A DNA stretch of 32,000 bases from Trichlorobacter lovleyi SZ (GCF_000020385.1 NC_010814.1:1680001-1712000), one strand, 5' to 3'. Counted from the stretch's first letter, positions 1 through 9,794 are shown. Notes: a model not told the origin generated them from the sequence alone. Program-made: numbers and translations.

Positions 1-1685
1 CCGGACGGCTTTCGATTCCGGTGGATGAACGGGGTCAGATGCTGCTCAGCTACAACGGCGGCTTTGGCAGTTTTTCCACCTATTCCTTCTTTGATGTGGC
101 AGCAGGTAGTGTTAAACCGGAAACCTTCAAGGGCAAGATCGTCCTGATCGGTCCGGTAGCCACCGGCATTGCCGGTTTTGCGGTAACTCCCTTCCAATCC
201 ACTTATCCCGGTATTGAGGTGATAGCCACTGCCATTGAAAACCTGCTGAACAACAATGTGATTGCCCGCCCGGATTGGGCACGCTGGGCCGAGTTAGGGG
301 TCATGCTGTTGTTTGGCCTGTTCCTGGCCCTGGCGTTGCCACGGCTTAAGGCAGGCATGAGTGCCGCCATTGCCGCCGGTCTGCTGCTGATCTGGAACGG
401 TGCGGCGGTCTGGTTATTTGCCGGGCAGGGGATCTGGCTGGGCATGGTGGGGCCGACACTGCTCTTGGCCATCGGTTACACGGCACTGGTCTCCATGCGC
501 TACCGGATGACCGAACAACGCAACGAGCTGGTGGAGAGCGACAGCATTGAGACTAACAAGATGCTGGGGCTGTCGTTTCAGGGCCAGGGATTGCTGGACC
601 TGGCCTTTGAGAAGTTCCGCAAGTGCCCGATTGAAGACGATACCATCAAGGATCTGCTCTACAATCTGGCCCTTGATTTTGAACGCAAGCGGATGTTCAA
701 CAAGGCCGCTGCCGTGTACGAACATATCCTGACCGTGGGTGATTACAAGGATATCAAGGAGCGGATCGCCACCATGAAGGTGGCGGGCGAGACCATGATC
801 TTTGGCGGCGGCGGACGGCGTGAAGGCACCATCATTGCCGGTCCCGGCGGGGTAATTGTCTCTGCCCCGACCATCGGGCGCTATGAGATTCAGAAAGAGC
901 TTGGCCGGGGCGCCATGGGGGTGGTCTATCTGGGCAAAGACCCCAAGATAAACCGGCTGGTGGCAATCAAGACCGTGCGATTTGAAGAGGTGGATCCGGA
1001 TCTGCTGGAGGAGACCAAGAAACGTTTCTTCCGCGAGGCCGAGGCGGCCGGTACCCTCAATCACCCCAATATTGTGACGATTTATGATGTGGGCGAAGAA
1101 GAAGATCTGGCCTACGTGGCGATGGAACTGCTGGAAGGTTCCGACCTGACTCCTTATATCAAGAAGGAAAAGCTGCTGCCTGCCAAGACCCTGCTGAAGA
1201 TCATCGGCAGCGTGGCCGAGGGGCTGGCCTTTGCCCATGAGAAGGGGATCGTGCACCGCGATATCAAACCGGCCAACATCATGCTATTGAAGGACGGTAC
1301 GGTCAAGATCGCCGACTTCGGTATCGCCCGTATCACCACCTCATCAGCCACCCAGACCGGTACGGTACTGGGTACCCCCAGCTACATGTCGCCGGAACAG
1401 GTGGCAGGCCAGAAGGTGGATGGCAGATCTGACCTGTTTTCGCTGGGTGTGGCGATGTATGAACTGCTTTGCGGCCAGAAACCATTCAGCGGTGACAGTA
1501 TTGCAGCGTTGATGTACGCCATTGCCAACAAGCCGCCGCTGTTGATTACCCAGATCGATCCGAATATTCCGCAGTGCTGCGCCTATATTGCCCACCGCCT
1601 GATCACCAAGGATCTGACCAAGCGCTACCAGAATGCGCGGGAAGTGGTGGAGCATGTCAAGATGTGCCTGCATAAATTGGGGTAA
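1..1685 (+). CDS. CHASE2 sensor domain / transmembrane / Ser-Thr protein kinase (Hanks type). 5' end lies outside the window.
   Basis: The reading frame is open from base 3, so the GTG at 21 is probably internal. The N-terminal part (PGIEVIATAIENLLNN...) is CHASE2-like and is followed by about 3 hydrophobic helices (aa ~90-160 of the track ORF). The kinase motifs are intact: G-loop GRGAMGVV, VAIK, HRDIKPANIML, DFGIA, GTPSYMSPE. Stop TAA at 1683-1685. Confidence 0.85.
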   Translation, partial: GRLSIPVDERGQMLLSYNGGFGSFSTYSFFDVAAGSVKPETFKGKIVLIGPVATGIAGFAVTPFQSTYPGIEVIATAIENLLNNNVIARPDWARWAELGVMLLFGLFLALALPRLKAGMSAAIAAGLLLIWNGAAVWLFAGQGIWLGMVGPTLLLAIGYTALVSMRYRMTEQRNELVESDSIETNKMLGLSFQGQGLLDLAFEKFRKCPIEDDTIKDLLYNLALDFERKRMFNKAAAVYEHILTVGDYKDIKERIATMKVAGETMIFGGGGRREGTIIAGPGGVIVSAPTIGRYEIQKELGRGAMGVVYLGKDPKINRLVAIKTVRFEEVDPDLLEETKKRFFREAEAAGTLNHPNIVTIYDVGEEEDLAYVAMELLEGSDLTPYIKKEKLLPAKTLLKIIGSVAEGLAFAHEKGIVHRDIKPANIMLLKDGTVKIADFGIARITTSSATQTGTVLGTPSYMSPEQVAGQKVDGRSDLFSLGVAMYELLCGQKPFSGDSIAALMYAIANKPPLLITQIDPNIPQCCAYIAHRLITKDLTKRYQNAREVVEHVKMCLHKLG

Positions 1686-1688
1686 GCT

Positions 1689-2492
1689 ATGGAATTAACC
1701 GCCTTTGGACAGACCGACGTGGGTCAGGTGCGCCCCCATAACGAAGACTCGATCCTGCTGGAGCCTTCCCTGCAGCTGTATGCCGTGGCCGATGGCATGG
1801 GGGGGCACAAGGGGGGCGAATGTGCCAGCCGGATCTGTCTGGATACCCTGCGGGATTATCTGCAAATGGCAGCCAGGGGGCATGCGCCGTTGGTGGGTGA
1901 GGCGGATACAGCCCATTCAGAGGCGGCCAACCTGCTGGGCTCTGCGGTCCGTTTTGCCAACCGGGCGGTATTTGAGGCGGCGTTTTCCAAGCCGGAGTGG
2001 CGTGGCATGGGCACGACCATCGTGGCCCTGACCGTTGCAGACAACAGGGTGGCGATCGCCCATGTGGGGGACAGCCGGGCCTATCTCCTGCGTCAGGGGA
2101 AATTTCAACAGTTGACTCAGGATCATTCCTGGATTGAAGAGCAGGTACGGGCCGGCTTGATGAGCCGTGATGAGGCGCTGTTTGCCAAGGGGCGCAATGT
2201 TCTGACCCGGGCTATCGGGCAGGAAGAAACGGTACAGGTGGATCTGGACGAACTGGAACTGCAGACGGGAGACACTCTGCTGCTCTGCTCCGATGGTCTG
2301 TTCGGCATGGTGGCGGATGAGGAGATTGCTGCGTTGATCGGGGTGGCCAGGAACCCTGAGGAGGCCTGCCGGGAGCTGGTGGCCTGTGCCAATGGCCGTG
2401 GCGGACGTGACAATATCTCGGTCATTCTGCTGACTGCCGGAGAGGGAAAGGGGCTGCTGGCCGGGATGAGGCGGCTGTTTACGAAAGGTTGA
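1689..2492 (+). CDS. PP2C-family Ser/Thr protein phosphatase (Stp-like)
   Basis: ATG lies 3 nt after the kinase stop. Motifs present: RPHNEDS, ADGMGGH, GDSRAYL, LLLCSDGL, GGRDNISVIL (metal-binding Asp residues present). Confidence 0.9.
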   Translation: MELTAFGQTDVGQVRPHNEDSILLEPSLQLYAVADGMGGHKGGECASRICLDTLRDYLQMAARGHAPLVGEADTAHSEAANLLGSAVRFANRAVFEAAFSKPEWRGMGTTIVALTVADNRVAIAHVGDSRAYLLRQGKFQQLTQDHSWIEEQVRAGLMSRDEALFAKGRNVLTRAIGQEETVQVDLDELELQTGDTLLLCSDGLFGMVADEEIAALIGVARNPEEACRELVACANGRGGRDNISVILLTAGEGKGLLAGMRRLFTKG

Positions 2493-3486
2493 GGGTGCTT
2501 ACCAGCAGTACGGTCTGACCGATGCCGATCCGGTCCCCCTGCTTCAACTCCCGCTGGGTGATTGTTTCGTTGTTGAGGGTGGTTCCGTTGGTGCTGTGCA
2601 GGTCGATCAGCAGCAGTTTGCCGTTGATGATCTGGATGGCTGCGTGGCGCTTGGAAACCATCGGGTCATTGATGATGATGTCGGCATCTTTTCTGCCCAG
2701 TACGCAGGGGAGTGAACCGCCCAGCTCGCTGCCGGCCTGGGTTCCTTCAAGCACCTTCAGCCGCAACTGGTCGTGGTGCTGAACGGTCAGCTTGCCGGGG
2801 GCAATGGTCTGCTCGGTATCTTCGACTGCAGCAAACAAGCGTACCAGCCCCTCCAACGAGATATTGGAAGAGTCTTTGGACTGCATGGTGTTAAGGGTCT
2901 GGTAGATGGTGGCGCTGACCGGAACAGTTGTCTCCTGATAGGCGTACAGCAGCATCTGCTCATCCACTGACAGGCCGTCCTGTCCCCCCGCCAGTCCGTC
3001 AGACCAGTAGGCAGCGGTCTTGCTGCCATCCAGAAAGAAGAAAAAGTTGCAACAGCCTTCCTTTTCCAGAATCACCAGGGCATCAGCGGCGTTAGCCTGG
3101 ATCTGGCGTACCATCCTCTCCAGATTGATCAGGTTGACCGGTCCTTTGGCAGCCGGTTCATCCTGGATAAAGACCAGCAGGCACTTCAGCAGCACCGGAT
3201 CGGTTGCATGCAGCGAGATGGTTCCGTCACCATCATGGAGAGTTGCCACCTGGGCACAGAAATTGGTGATGGTCAGCGGGGTTGTTTTTTCGCCAACGGC
3301 AAGTCCGGCCGAGTAGGGTGCGCCCTGGAAGATGAACAGCAGGAAAAGACGATCATTGCTGGTAATGGCAAGGTAGCCGGTGAACGAGGAACCTGACAGA
3401 CCTTTCAACTGCTCAACCATGGTTTCACGGCTGTAGGTTGCTGTTGTCGCTTGAATCGTTCCTATGGGCAGGGTCAAGGCTGTCAT
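2479..3486 (-). CDS. FHA-domain protein with an internally duplicated N-terminal region of unknown function
   Basis: The C-terminal FHA motif is present: LGRKDADIIINDPMVSKRHAAI...LIDLHSTNGTTLN. I chose the ATG at 3486 (MTALTLP...) rather than the track start at 3576, because the longer form would run over the aroC start region. The 3' end overlaps the convergent PP2C gene by 14 nt. Confidence 0.75.
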   Translation of the reverse strand: MTALTLPIGTIQATTATYSRETMVEQLKGLSGSSFTGYLAITSNDRLFLLFIFQGAPYSAGLAVGEKTTPLTITNFCAQVATLHDGDGTISLHATDPVLLKCLLVFIQDEPAAKGPVNLINLERMVRQIQANAADALVILEKEGCCNFFFFLDGSKTAAYWSDGLAGGQDGLSVDEQMLLYAYQETTVPVSATIYQTLNTMQSKDSSNISLEGLVRLFAAVEDTEQTIAPGKLTVQHHDQLRLKVLEGTQAGSELGGSLPCVLGRKDADIIINDPMVSKRHAAIQIINGKLLLIDLHSTNGTTLNNETITQRELKQGDRIGIGQTVLLVSTLNLS

Positions 3487-3538
3487 GTCCGGAACTATAC
3501 GGTGAGGTTGCTCTGCTGTCAAGTTACAGGGGTTTTGC

Positions 3539-3567
3539 TTGCCCTTGACCGGCTGGAATGGTAATCT
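3539..3567 (+). promoter_or_regulatory. Putative sigma70 promoter for the aro operon (TTGCCC - 17 nt - TGgTAATCT, extended -10)
   Basis: Hexamers read by eye in the 115-nt divergent spacer between the FHA gene and aroC. The -10 TAATCT lies at 3562-3567, preceded by TGg. An AGGAGA RBS precedes the aroC ATG. Confidence 0.3.
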
Positions 3568-3601
3568 TCCGCGCATTATCTCACAGCAGGAGACGGTTTT
3601 T

Positions 3602-4780
3602 ATGCGCTATATTACCGCTGGCGAGTCCCACGGACCCCAGTTGACTGCCATTATTGAAGGTCTACCCGCCGGTCTGGAGATCTCTCCGGAGATGCTTGAT
3701 CTGCAGCTTGCCCGCCGTCAGCAGGGCTATGGCCGGGGTGACCGGATGAAGATTGAGCGGGACCGGGCCGATATCCTGTCCGGTGTTCGCTGGGGCAAGA
3801 CCCTGGGGTCCCCTGTGACACTGGTGGTCAAGAACCGGGATTGGGAAAACTGGCTGGAGAAGATGTCTCCCCTGGCCGAGCATGAAGGCCAGGCAGAGGC
3901 GGTGACCCGTCCCCGCCCGGGGCATGCCGACCTGTGCGGTGCCATGAAGTACGGTCATCGTGATGTGCGCAATATTCTGGAACGCTCCAGTGCCCGTGAG
4001 ACCGCTGTGCGGGTGGCGGTAGGCGCGGTGGCCCGTGGGCTGCTGCATGCCCTGGATATCCGGATTGGCGGTGTGGTGGTGGAGGTTGGCGGCGTGGCGG
4101 CGAAGCCTTCTGCGGAACCGTATCCGCAACAGTGGGCGCAGGCTGCTGCTTCAGAAATGTTCTGCTGTGATCCGGCTGCCGAGCTGGATATGAAGCGGCT
4201 GATTGATCACACCAAATCAATTGGTGATACCCTGGGTGGTGTGGTTGAAGTCCAGGTGCTGGGGCTGCCACCCGGTCTGGGGAGCCATGTGCAGTGGGAT
4301 CGCAAGCTGGATGCCCGTCTGGCCATGGCGCTGATGAGTATCCAGGCCATCAAAGGGGTGGAGATCGGTCTGGGGTTTGAGGCTGCCCGCCGTCCCGGCT
4401 CCAAGGTGCATGACGAGATCACCTGGAATCCGGCCCGGCTGCAGCAGGGTGAGTTGACTCCGTACCAGCGCCCCAGTAACCATGCCGGCGGACTGGAAGG
4501 CGGTATGACCAATGGTGAGCCGCTGGTGGTGCGGGCTGCCATGAAACCGATCCCAACCCTGTACACACCGTTGCAGTCAGTGGATATCGCCACCCATGAA
4601 CCGTATGAGGCGTCGGTGGAACGCTCCGACACCTGTGCCGTGCCGGCAGCCCTGGTGGTGGCCGAGGCGGTGGTGGCGATTGAGCTGGCCCAGGCCCTGC
4701 TGGAAAAGTTCGGTGGCGATTCGCTGGATGAGATCCGCCGTAACCGTGACAACTATCTGGCTGGACTGCGGGACTTCTGA
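3602..4780 (+). CDS. aroC: Chorismate synthase
   Basis: N-terminus [24 protein letters not shown] is the hallmark AroC start. AGGAGA RBS lies upstream. The track ORF begins earlier (3539), but that extension has no homology-like sequence. Confidence 0.93.
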   Translation: MRYITAGESHGPQLTAIIEGLPAGLEISPEMLDLQLARRQQGYGRGDRMKIERDRADILSGVRWGKTLGSPVTLVVKNRDWENWLEKMSPLAEHEGQAEAVTRPRPGHADLCGAMKYGHRDVRNILERSSARETAVRVAVGAVARGLLHALDIRIGGVVVEVGGVAAKPSAEPYPQQWAQAAASEMFCCDPAAELDMKRLIDHTKSIGDTLGGVVEVQVLGLPPGLGSHVQWDRKLDARLAMALMSIQAIKGVEIGLGFEAARRPGSKVHDEITWNPARLQQGELTPYQRPSNHAGGLEGGMTNGEPLVVRAAMKPIPTLYTPLQSVDIATHEPYEASVERSDTCAVPAALVVAEAVVAIELAQALLEKFGGDSLDEIRRNRDNYLAGLRDF

Positions 4781-5307
4781 TGCCTGAGTCGATCATCCTG
4801 ACCGGCCCGATGGGGAGTGGCAAGACCAGTGTGGGGCAGTTGCTGGCTGCGCGGCTGGGCTACCGGTTTCAGGATCTTGATGCCCTGCTGGTTGAGCAGG
4901 CAGGCAAGAGTATCAATCAGATCTTTGCTGACGAGGGCGAGGCTGCCTTCCGGGAGCGTGAGACCGCGCTGCTGGCAACGCTGGTCGGCCAACACGGCAT
5001 CATACTTTCAACCGGTGGCGGTGTGGTGATCCGCGAGGCCAACCGCAGGTTGTTGCATGCCGGCGGTCTGGTGGTAAACCTGACCGCAACGGTGCCGGTG
5101 CTGGCCGGGCGTTTGGCCCTGGCTGATGACCGGCCTCTGTTGAAGGGGGATGAAGCGCTTGAGGCACGGATTGAGCGGATTATGACGGAACGTGAGCCGT
5201 TTTATGCCGATGCCGACATAAGAATTGACACCACCGGTAAAACATTGGAAGATGTTGCCGCTGAAATCCTTGCAGTTTACGCTGAAAAGCGTTCAGGAGC
5301 ATTGTGA
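4780..5307 (+). CDS. aroK: Shikimate kinase
   Basis: Walker [12 protein letters not shown], about 175 aa. The ATG overlaps the aroC TGA (TGATG). Confidence 0.9.
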   Translation: MPESIILTGPMGSGKTSVGQLLAARLGYRFQDLDALLVEQAGKSINQIFADEGEAAFRERETALLATLVGQHGIILSTGGGVVIREANRRLLHAGGLVVNLTATVPVLAGRLALADDRPLLKGDEALEARIERIMTEREPFYADADIRIDTTGKTLEDVAAEILAVYAEKRSGAL

Positions 5308-6383
5308 AAACCATCACGATCCAGCTTGATTCACATTCCTACGATATCGGCATCGGCGAAGGCCTGCTGTCCGGCATCGGTGCTGCCTGCAAGGCCGTGG
5401 GACTGGCAGGGGCTGCTGCCGTGGTGACCAATCCAACGGTTGCCCCGCTGTATGCCGGGGTGGTTACCGGTTCGCTGCAACAGGCCGGTTTTACTCCGGT
5501 GGTGATAGAGATCCCTGACGGTGAAGAGTTCAAGACCGGCGAAACCCTCAACAGTGTCTATGACCGGCTGCTTGAGGCTGGCCTGGACCGCCGTTCCTTT
5601 ATAGTTGCCCTTGGTGGTGGGGTTGTCGGTGATCTGGCCGGGTTTGCTGCGGCCACCTTTCTGCGCGGCATCCCGTTTGTGCAGGTGCCTACCACGTTGC
5701 TGGCCCAGGTGGACAGCAGTGTTGGCGGCAAGACCGGTATTGACCACCCTCTAGGCAAGAATCTGATCGGTGCCTTTTATCAGCCCCACCTGGTTCTGTC
5801 CGATGTCAGTACCCTGAAGACCCTGTCTGAACGCCACTACCGGGCCGGACTGGCCGAGGTGATCAAGTATGGCGCCGTGCTTGATGCGGAACTGTTTGCG
5901 CTGCTGGAGGCAAAGGTGGATGGCTTGCTGAAACGCGATCCGCAGCTTCTGGGACGGGTGATTGCCCGCTGTTGCGAAATCAAGGCCTGGGTGGTTGAAC
6001 AGGATGAGCGCGAAGGCGGTCTGCGGGCCGTGCTGAACTACGGCCATACCCTGGGACATGCCTTTGAAACCCTGTCCGGCTACCGCGATCTGGTGCATGG
6101 CGAGGCGGTTGCCATCGGTATGGTGCAGGCGGCACAGCTGTCACAGCGTGAAGGCTACTGCAGCGTCGGTGACGTCGAGCGGATTACCACACTGGTACAG
6201 CAGGTCGGCTTGCCGTCAGATGCCCCGGTCGTGGCCACAGAAGATCTGATTACATCCCTTGCCAAAGACAAGAAGAACCGTTCCGGTACCCTGCAGTATG
6301 TCTGCAATCGCGGTATCGGCTCCTATGTATTCCATCAGTTTACCCCGGCCCAGTTGGCCGAAGCCTGTTGCTCAGGGAGGTAA
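5304..6383 (+). CDS. aroB: 3-dehydroquinate synthase
   Basis: Motifs [41 protein letters not shown]. The GTG start overlaps the aroK stop (GTGA). Confidence 0.92.
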   Translation: MKTITIQLDSHSYDIGIGEGLLSGIGAACKAVGLAGAAAVVTNPTVAPLYAGVVTGSLQQAGFTPVVIEIPDGEEFKTGETLNSVYDRLLEAGLDRRSFIVALGGGVVGDLAGFAAATFLRGIPFVQVPTTLLAQVDSSVGGKTGIDHPLGKNLIGAFYQPHLVLSDVSTLKTLSERHYRAGLAEVIKYGAVLDAELFALLEAKVDGLLKRDPQLLGRVIARCCEIKAWVVEQDEREGGLRAVLNYGHTLGHAFETLSGYRDLVHGEAVAIGMVQAAQLSQREGYCSVGDVERITTLVQQVGLPSDAPVVATEDLITSLAKDKKNRSGTLQYVCNRGIGSYVFHQFTPAQLAEACCSGR

Positions 6384-6391
6384 AGGCGCCT

Positions 6392-7354
6392 ATGCAGTCG
6401 TCAACGGAGTCCTTCTGGAGTGAGATCAAGAGGTATGAGGAACGCTTGAAGAGCGACCCGGCCTCATACTGTTTTGCCCCCCTTGCCGAGGTCTATCTGC
6501 GGGCCGGTCTGCTTGATGATGCCCTAGCGGTTTCACGGGCCGGTGTTGCCAGATATCCCGGTTATGTGGCCGGACAGATGGCGCTGGCGCGGGCCTGCCA
6601 TCAGAAGGGGCTGGTTGATGAATGCCGGCGCGCCCTTGAAGCGGTTGCGTCTGCGGTGCCGGATCATGCCGAAGCACAACGTCTGCTGGCACGGCTCTAC
6701 GCCGAATCGGGGCAGGTGCAGGCAGCCTGCCAGGCACTTCAGACTCTGCTTGACTTCTGCCCGGGTGAAGAGACGGCACGTATTGAGCTTGAATCGTTGC
6801 AGCGCAGGCTGGTTGAGCTGCCCCATGATGATGAGCTTGAACTGATTGAACTGACTGAGGCGGATATTCTTGAGGAGCTGGAGGAGGACGGTCAGCCGGT
6901 TGTCCCGGCCATGCCGGCTGCTGCTGTTGTGGAAAACCCCTGGTCGGGTGTACCGGATGCACTACAGCCAACGTCGGAACTGGAGGCGGTCTGGGCACTG
7001 CCTGAACAGAAACTTGCTGCAGCGGTTACACCGCCTGCAGAACAGGACCCGCTGACTACAGCAACCTTGGCAGAGCTGTACGTTTCACAGGGCTTTACTG
7101 ACAAGGCCGTTGAGATCTATCGCAGGATTGTTAGCGCCGATCCCGGGAACCGGGAGGCAGCCGACCGGCTTGCGGAGTTGGAACGTGTGGAAGCGGCTGC
7201 TGAAGCAGAAGTCGGCCAGGCCGCCGTTGTGGCCGCCGATCTGACCCCTGCACCGGTAAATCTGCCGTCAGAAGGCGCTGCAGATCAGCAGGCCGTAGTC
7301 ACAGTTCTGGAAGGATGGCTTGAGAACATCCGGAGGTTACGGGTATGTCGTTAA
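6392..7354 (+). CDS. Tetratricopeptide-repeat (TPR) protein with an acidic/Ala-rich middle and C-terminal region
   Basis: ATG at 6392 is preceded by GGGAGG inside the aroB 3' end. TPR-like helices are visible: LAEVYLRAGLLDDALAVSRAGVARYPGY, LARLYAESGQVQAA, LAELYVSQGFTDKAVEIYRRIVSADPGN. Confidence 0.7.
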   Translation: MQSSTESFWSEIKRYEERLKSDPASYCFAPLAEVYLRAGLLDDALAVSRAGVARYPGYVAGQMALARACHQKGLVDECRRALEAVASAVPDHAEAQRLLARLYAESGQVQAACQALQTLLDFCPGEETARIELESLQRRLVELPHDDELELIELTEADILEELEEDGQPVVPAMPAAAVVENPWSGVPDALQPTSELEAVWALPEQKLAAAVTPPAEQDPLTTATLAELYVSQGFTDKAVEIYRRIVSADPGNREAADRLAELERVEAAAEAEVGQAAVVAADLTPAPVNLPSEGAADQQAVVTVLEGWLENIRRLRVCR

Positions 7355-7707
7355 GAGAACAGTTAACCTCGATGCTGGAGCAGGTTGAAGGTGCCTTCGC
7401 CGTGATGCTGATGGGGTACGACTGCATTGCCATCGATGAGGTGCAGCAGGGAGCAGCCGGCTTTGATGTCCAGACCATGGCGGTTGAGTATGGCACGGTC
7501 ATCAAGGAGATCCGTCGCACCATTGAGGTGGTGGGGGCAGGGGAGATGGAGGAGATCACCATTACCACCGCCAACTCACGCATGATCATCCGGGTGTTGA
7601 ATGACGAGTTTTTTGCCGCCTTTGTGCTGTCCAAGGAGGGGAATCTTGGCAAGGCACGCTATCTGTTGCGCGCCAAGGCACTGGAGCTGGTTGAGGCGGT
7701 GGGGTAG
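7345..7707 (+). CDS. Roadblock/LC7 (MglB-like) domain protein
   Basis: 120 aa. The pattern [23 protein letters not shown]...[25 protein letters not shown] is typical of Roadblock/LC7 proteins. Overlaps the TPR gene by 10 nt. Confidence 0.65.
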   Translation: MSLREQLTSMLEQVEGAFAVMLMGYDCIAIDEVQQGAAGFDVQTMAVEYGTVIKEIRRTIEVVGAGEMEEITITTANSRMIIRVLNDEFFAAFVLSKEGNLGKARYLLRAKALELVEAVG

Positions 7708-7709
7708 CC

Positions 7710-8144
7710 ATGCGGATTCTGGTGTTGCACGGTCCGAACCTGAACCTGCTGGGTAAGCGGGAGCCTGAAATATACGGTACCCTTTCCCTGGATGATATCA
7801 ACGGGGCGCTGGAGGCGCTGGGGGCTGAATTTGAATCGGACCTCGGCTTTTTTCAGTCAAACAGTGAGGGTGCCCTGGTGGATGCGATTCAGCAGGCACC
7901 GGAAAACTATGACGGCATTCTGATCAATCCGGCTGCCTACACCCATACCAGTGTTGCCTTGCGTGATGCCTTGGCGGCAATCGGACTTCCCTTTGTGGAG
8001 GTCCACCTTTCCAATATTCACCGCAGGGAAGAGTTCCGCCACCATAGTTATCTGGCCCCCCTTGCCCTGGGCCAGATCTGCGGTTTTGGACTGGACAGTT
8101 ATCTGCTTGGTCTGCGCGCGCTTTTTAATCATATTAAAAATTAG
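7710..8144 (+). CDS. aroQ: Type II 3-dehydroquinate dehydratase
   Basis: [52 protein letters not shown]. Starts 2 nt after the Roadblock stop. Confidence 0.93.
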   Translation: MRILVLHGPNLNLLGKREPEIYGTLSLDDINGALEALGAEFESDLGFFQSNSEGALVDAIQQAPENYDGILINPAAYTHTSVALRDALAAIGLPFVEVHLSNIHRREEFRHHSYLAPLALGQICGFGLDSYLLGLRALFNHIKN

Positions 8145-8207
8145 TCTAGGGAACTCTTGGAAACTTGCCTACTTCGTGAGAATTCGGTTGAGGGGTCGCT
8201 TTCAGTT

Positions 8208-9275
8208 ATGCTAAAAAGCAGACGCCAAAGACTGCTGCCGTTCTTTGAAACCCATGATCTTGACCTGCTGCTGATTGAACATCCGGTCAACCTGCGCTAT
8301 CTGTCCGGTTTCAGCGGTTCGGAAGGTGCATTGCTTCTTTCACCGGAGCGGGGCTGGTTTCTTTGCGATTCCCGCTATACCGTGCAGGCAGCTCAGGAGG
8401 TTGGCGACCTGTGTGTGATTGAGCAGGCGCAGCGCCAGGAGGGAGTTGCAGAGTTGGTGCGTCAGGCCGGGGGATGCCGGCTTGGCTTTGAAGCCTCCCA
8501 CACCACGGTCTCCAACCACCAGGGGTTGGCAGCGCGATTGCCGGGTGTGACCCTGGTGGGGCTTGGTCCTGAGCTTGATGCAGTACGTATCTGCAAAGAT
8601 GCCAGTGAGCTGGGGTTGTTGGAGCAGGTTGCCGGTCTGGCTTCCGCTTCGCTTGAGTCTGTGTTGCCGTTGCTACAGCCAGGTGTCAGGGAAGATGAGT
8701 TTGCTCTGAAGCTTGAGTTTGAGATGCGTCGTCGGGGCGCAGACGGACGCGGTTTTGATTTCATCGTGGCATCCGGCGTGCGGGGGGCGATGCCCCATGG
8801 ACGGGCCTCGGACAAGGCCATTCAGGTCGGTGAACTGGTAACCATTGACTTCGGTGCCGTGCAAAACGGCTACCATTCGGATGAGACGGTGACAGTTGCC
8901 GTTAGGACGATTGACGAACGGCAACAGCGGATCTATCAGGCTGTCCTGGAGGCCCATGATCGTGCCATTGCCGCGGTCAAGCCGGGGATTAGCTGCCGGG
9001 AGCTTGATGCGCAGGCCCGTGATCATATCAAAGAACAGGGGTTTGGTGACTATTTCGGTCATGGACTGGGACATGGCCTCGGGCTTGATGTCCATGAAAA
9101 ACCGGTTGTCTCACCACGCAGCGAAGCCGTTTTGGAGGAAGGGATGGTCATAACTATTGAACCGGGCATCTACATTCCCGGTTTTGGAGGCGTACGGATT
9201 GAAGACACGGTGGCGGTTACGGCGGATGGCTGCCGCTTGCTGACCAAGGTTTCAAAACAGCTTGTCATTATGTAA
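8208..9275 (+). CDS. M24-family Xaa-Pro aminopeptidase/dipeptidase
   Basis: Creatinase-like N-terminal region plus M24 metal ligands: DFGAV, HGLGHGLGLDVHE, TIEPGIY, RIEDTV. I chose the start at ATG 8208 (MLKSRRQRL...). Confidence 0.85.
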   Translation: MLKSRRQRLLPFFETHDLDLLLIEHPVNLRYLSGFSGSEGALLLSPERGWFLCDSRYTVQAAQEVGDLCVIEQAQRQEGVAELVRQAGGCRLGFEASHTTVSNHQGLAARLPGVTLVGLGPELDAVRICKDASELGLLEQVAGLASASLESVLPLLQPGVREDEFALKLEFEMRRRGADGRGFDFIVASGVRGAMPHGRASDKAIQVGELVTIDFGAVQNGYHSDETVTVAVRTIDERQQRIYQAVLEAHDRAIAAVKPGISCRELDAQARDHIKEQGFGDYFGHGLGHGLGLDVHEKPVVSPRSEAVLEEGMVITIEPGIYIPGFGGVRIEDTVAVTADGCRLLTKVSKQLVIM

Positions 9276-9314
9276 AACTAATTTATTGCAGATACCAAGA
9301 GAAGGAGAATTGAC

Positions 9315-9785
9315 ATGGAAGTGAAAGACCTGAAGCAGCTGATAAAGATGATCACCGAGACCGACATTACTGAATTTGAGATGGACAACGCTGAAGAGAA
9401 GATCGTGATCAAACGCGGCCAGCGGACCGAGATCGTACAGATGGCTGCTGCCCCTGCCTATATGCCTGCTCCTGCAGCCATGGCTGCTCCGGCTCCTGCT
9501 GTTGCGGGCGCTGTTCCTGCTGCTGCACCGGTTGCAGAGCTGGCTGGAGAGACCATCAACTCACCGATAGTTGGCACCTTCTACCGTGCAGCCTCTCCTG
9601 AGGCAGCGCCGTTTGTTGAAGCGGGGCAGGTTGTCGAGAAGGGACATGTACTCTGTCTGGTTGAGGCGATGAAGCTGTTCAACGAGATTGAGGCTGAATT
9701 TAAGTGTAAGATCGTCAAGGTCTGTGTTGAGAACGCACAGCCGGTTGAGTTTGGTCAGCCCCTCTTTGTTATTGAAAAGATCTAG
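9315..9785 (+). CDS. accB: Acetyl-CoA carboxylase biotin carboxyl carrier protein
   Basis: Ala/Pro-rich linker, then the biotinylation motif EAMKLF (Lys120, nt 9672-9674). Strong RBS GAAGGAGA. Confidence 0.92.
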   Translation: MEVKDLKQLIKMITETDITEFEMDNAEEKIVIKRGQRTEIVQMAAAPAYMPAPAAMAAPAPAVAGAVPAAAPVAELAGETINSPIVGTFYRAASPEAAPFVEAGQVVEKGHVLCLVEAMKLFNEIEAEFKCKIVKVCVENAQPVEFGQPLFVIEKI

Positions 9786-9794
9786 GAGTAGGTA

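Noticed and set aside
414-1256. 280-aa ORF on the - strand, opposite the kinase gene
   Set aside because: It lies entirely antisense to a gene with unmistakable kinase motifs. Its composition is Gly/His/Gln/Leu-rich and has no recognisable motif. This is a typical shadow ORF in GC-rich coding DNA. The same reasoning applies to 9909-10685 (-), 14762-15748 (-), 18014-18583 (-), 18923-19816 (-), 27106-27927 (-), 30065-30652 (-) and 31297-31923 (-).
3487-3601. Longer N-terminal extensions suggested by the ORF track for the FHA gene (to 3576) and aroC (from 3539)
   Set aside because: The two extensions would overlap each other in the divergent promoter spacer. The canonical AroC N-terminus [11 protein letters not shown] begins at 3602 with an AGGAGA RBS. 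I made similar trims at 6392, 8208, 17546 and 25949 on RBS and homology-like N-termini.
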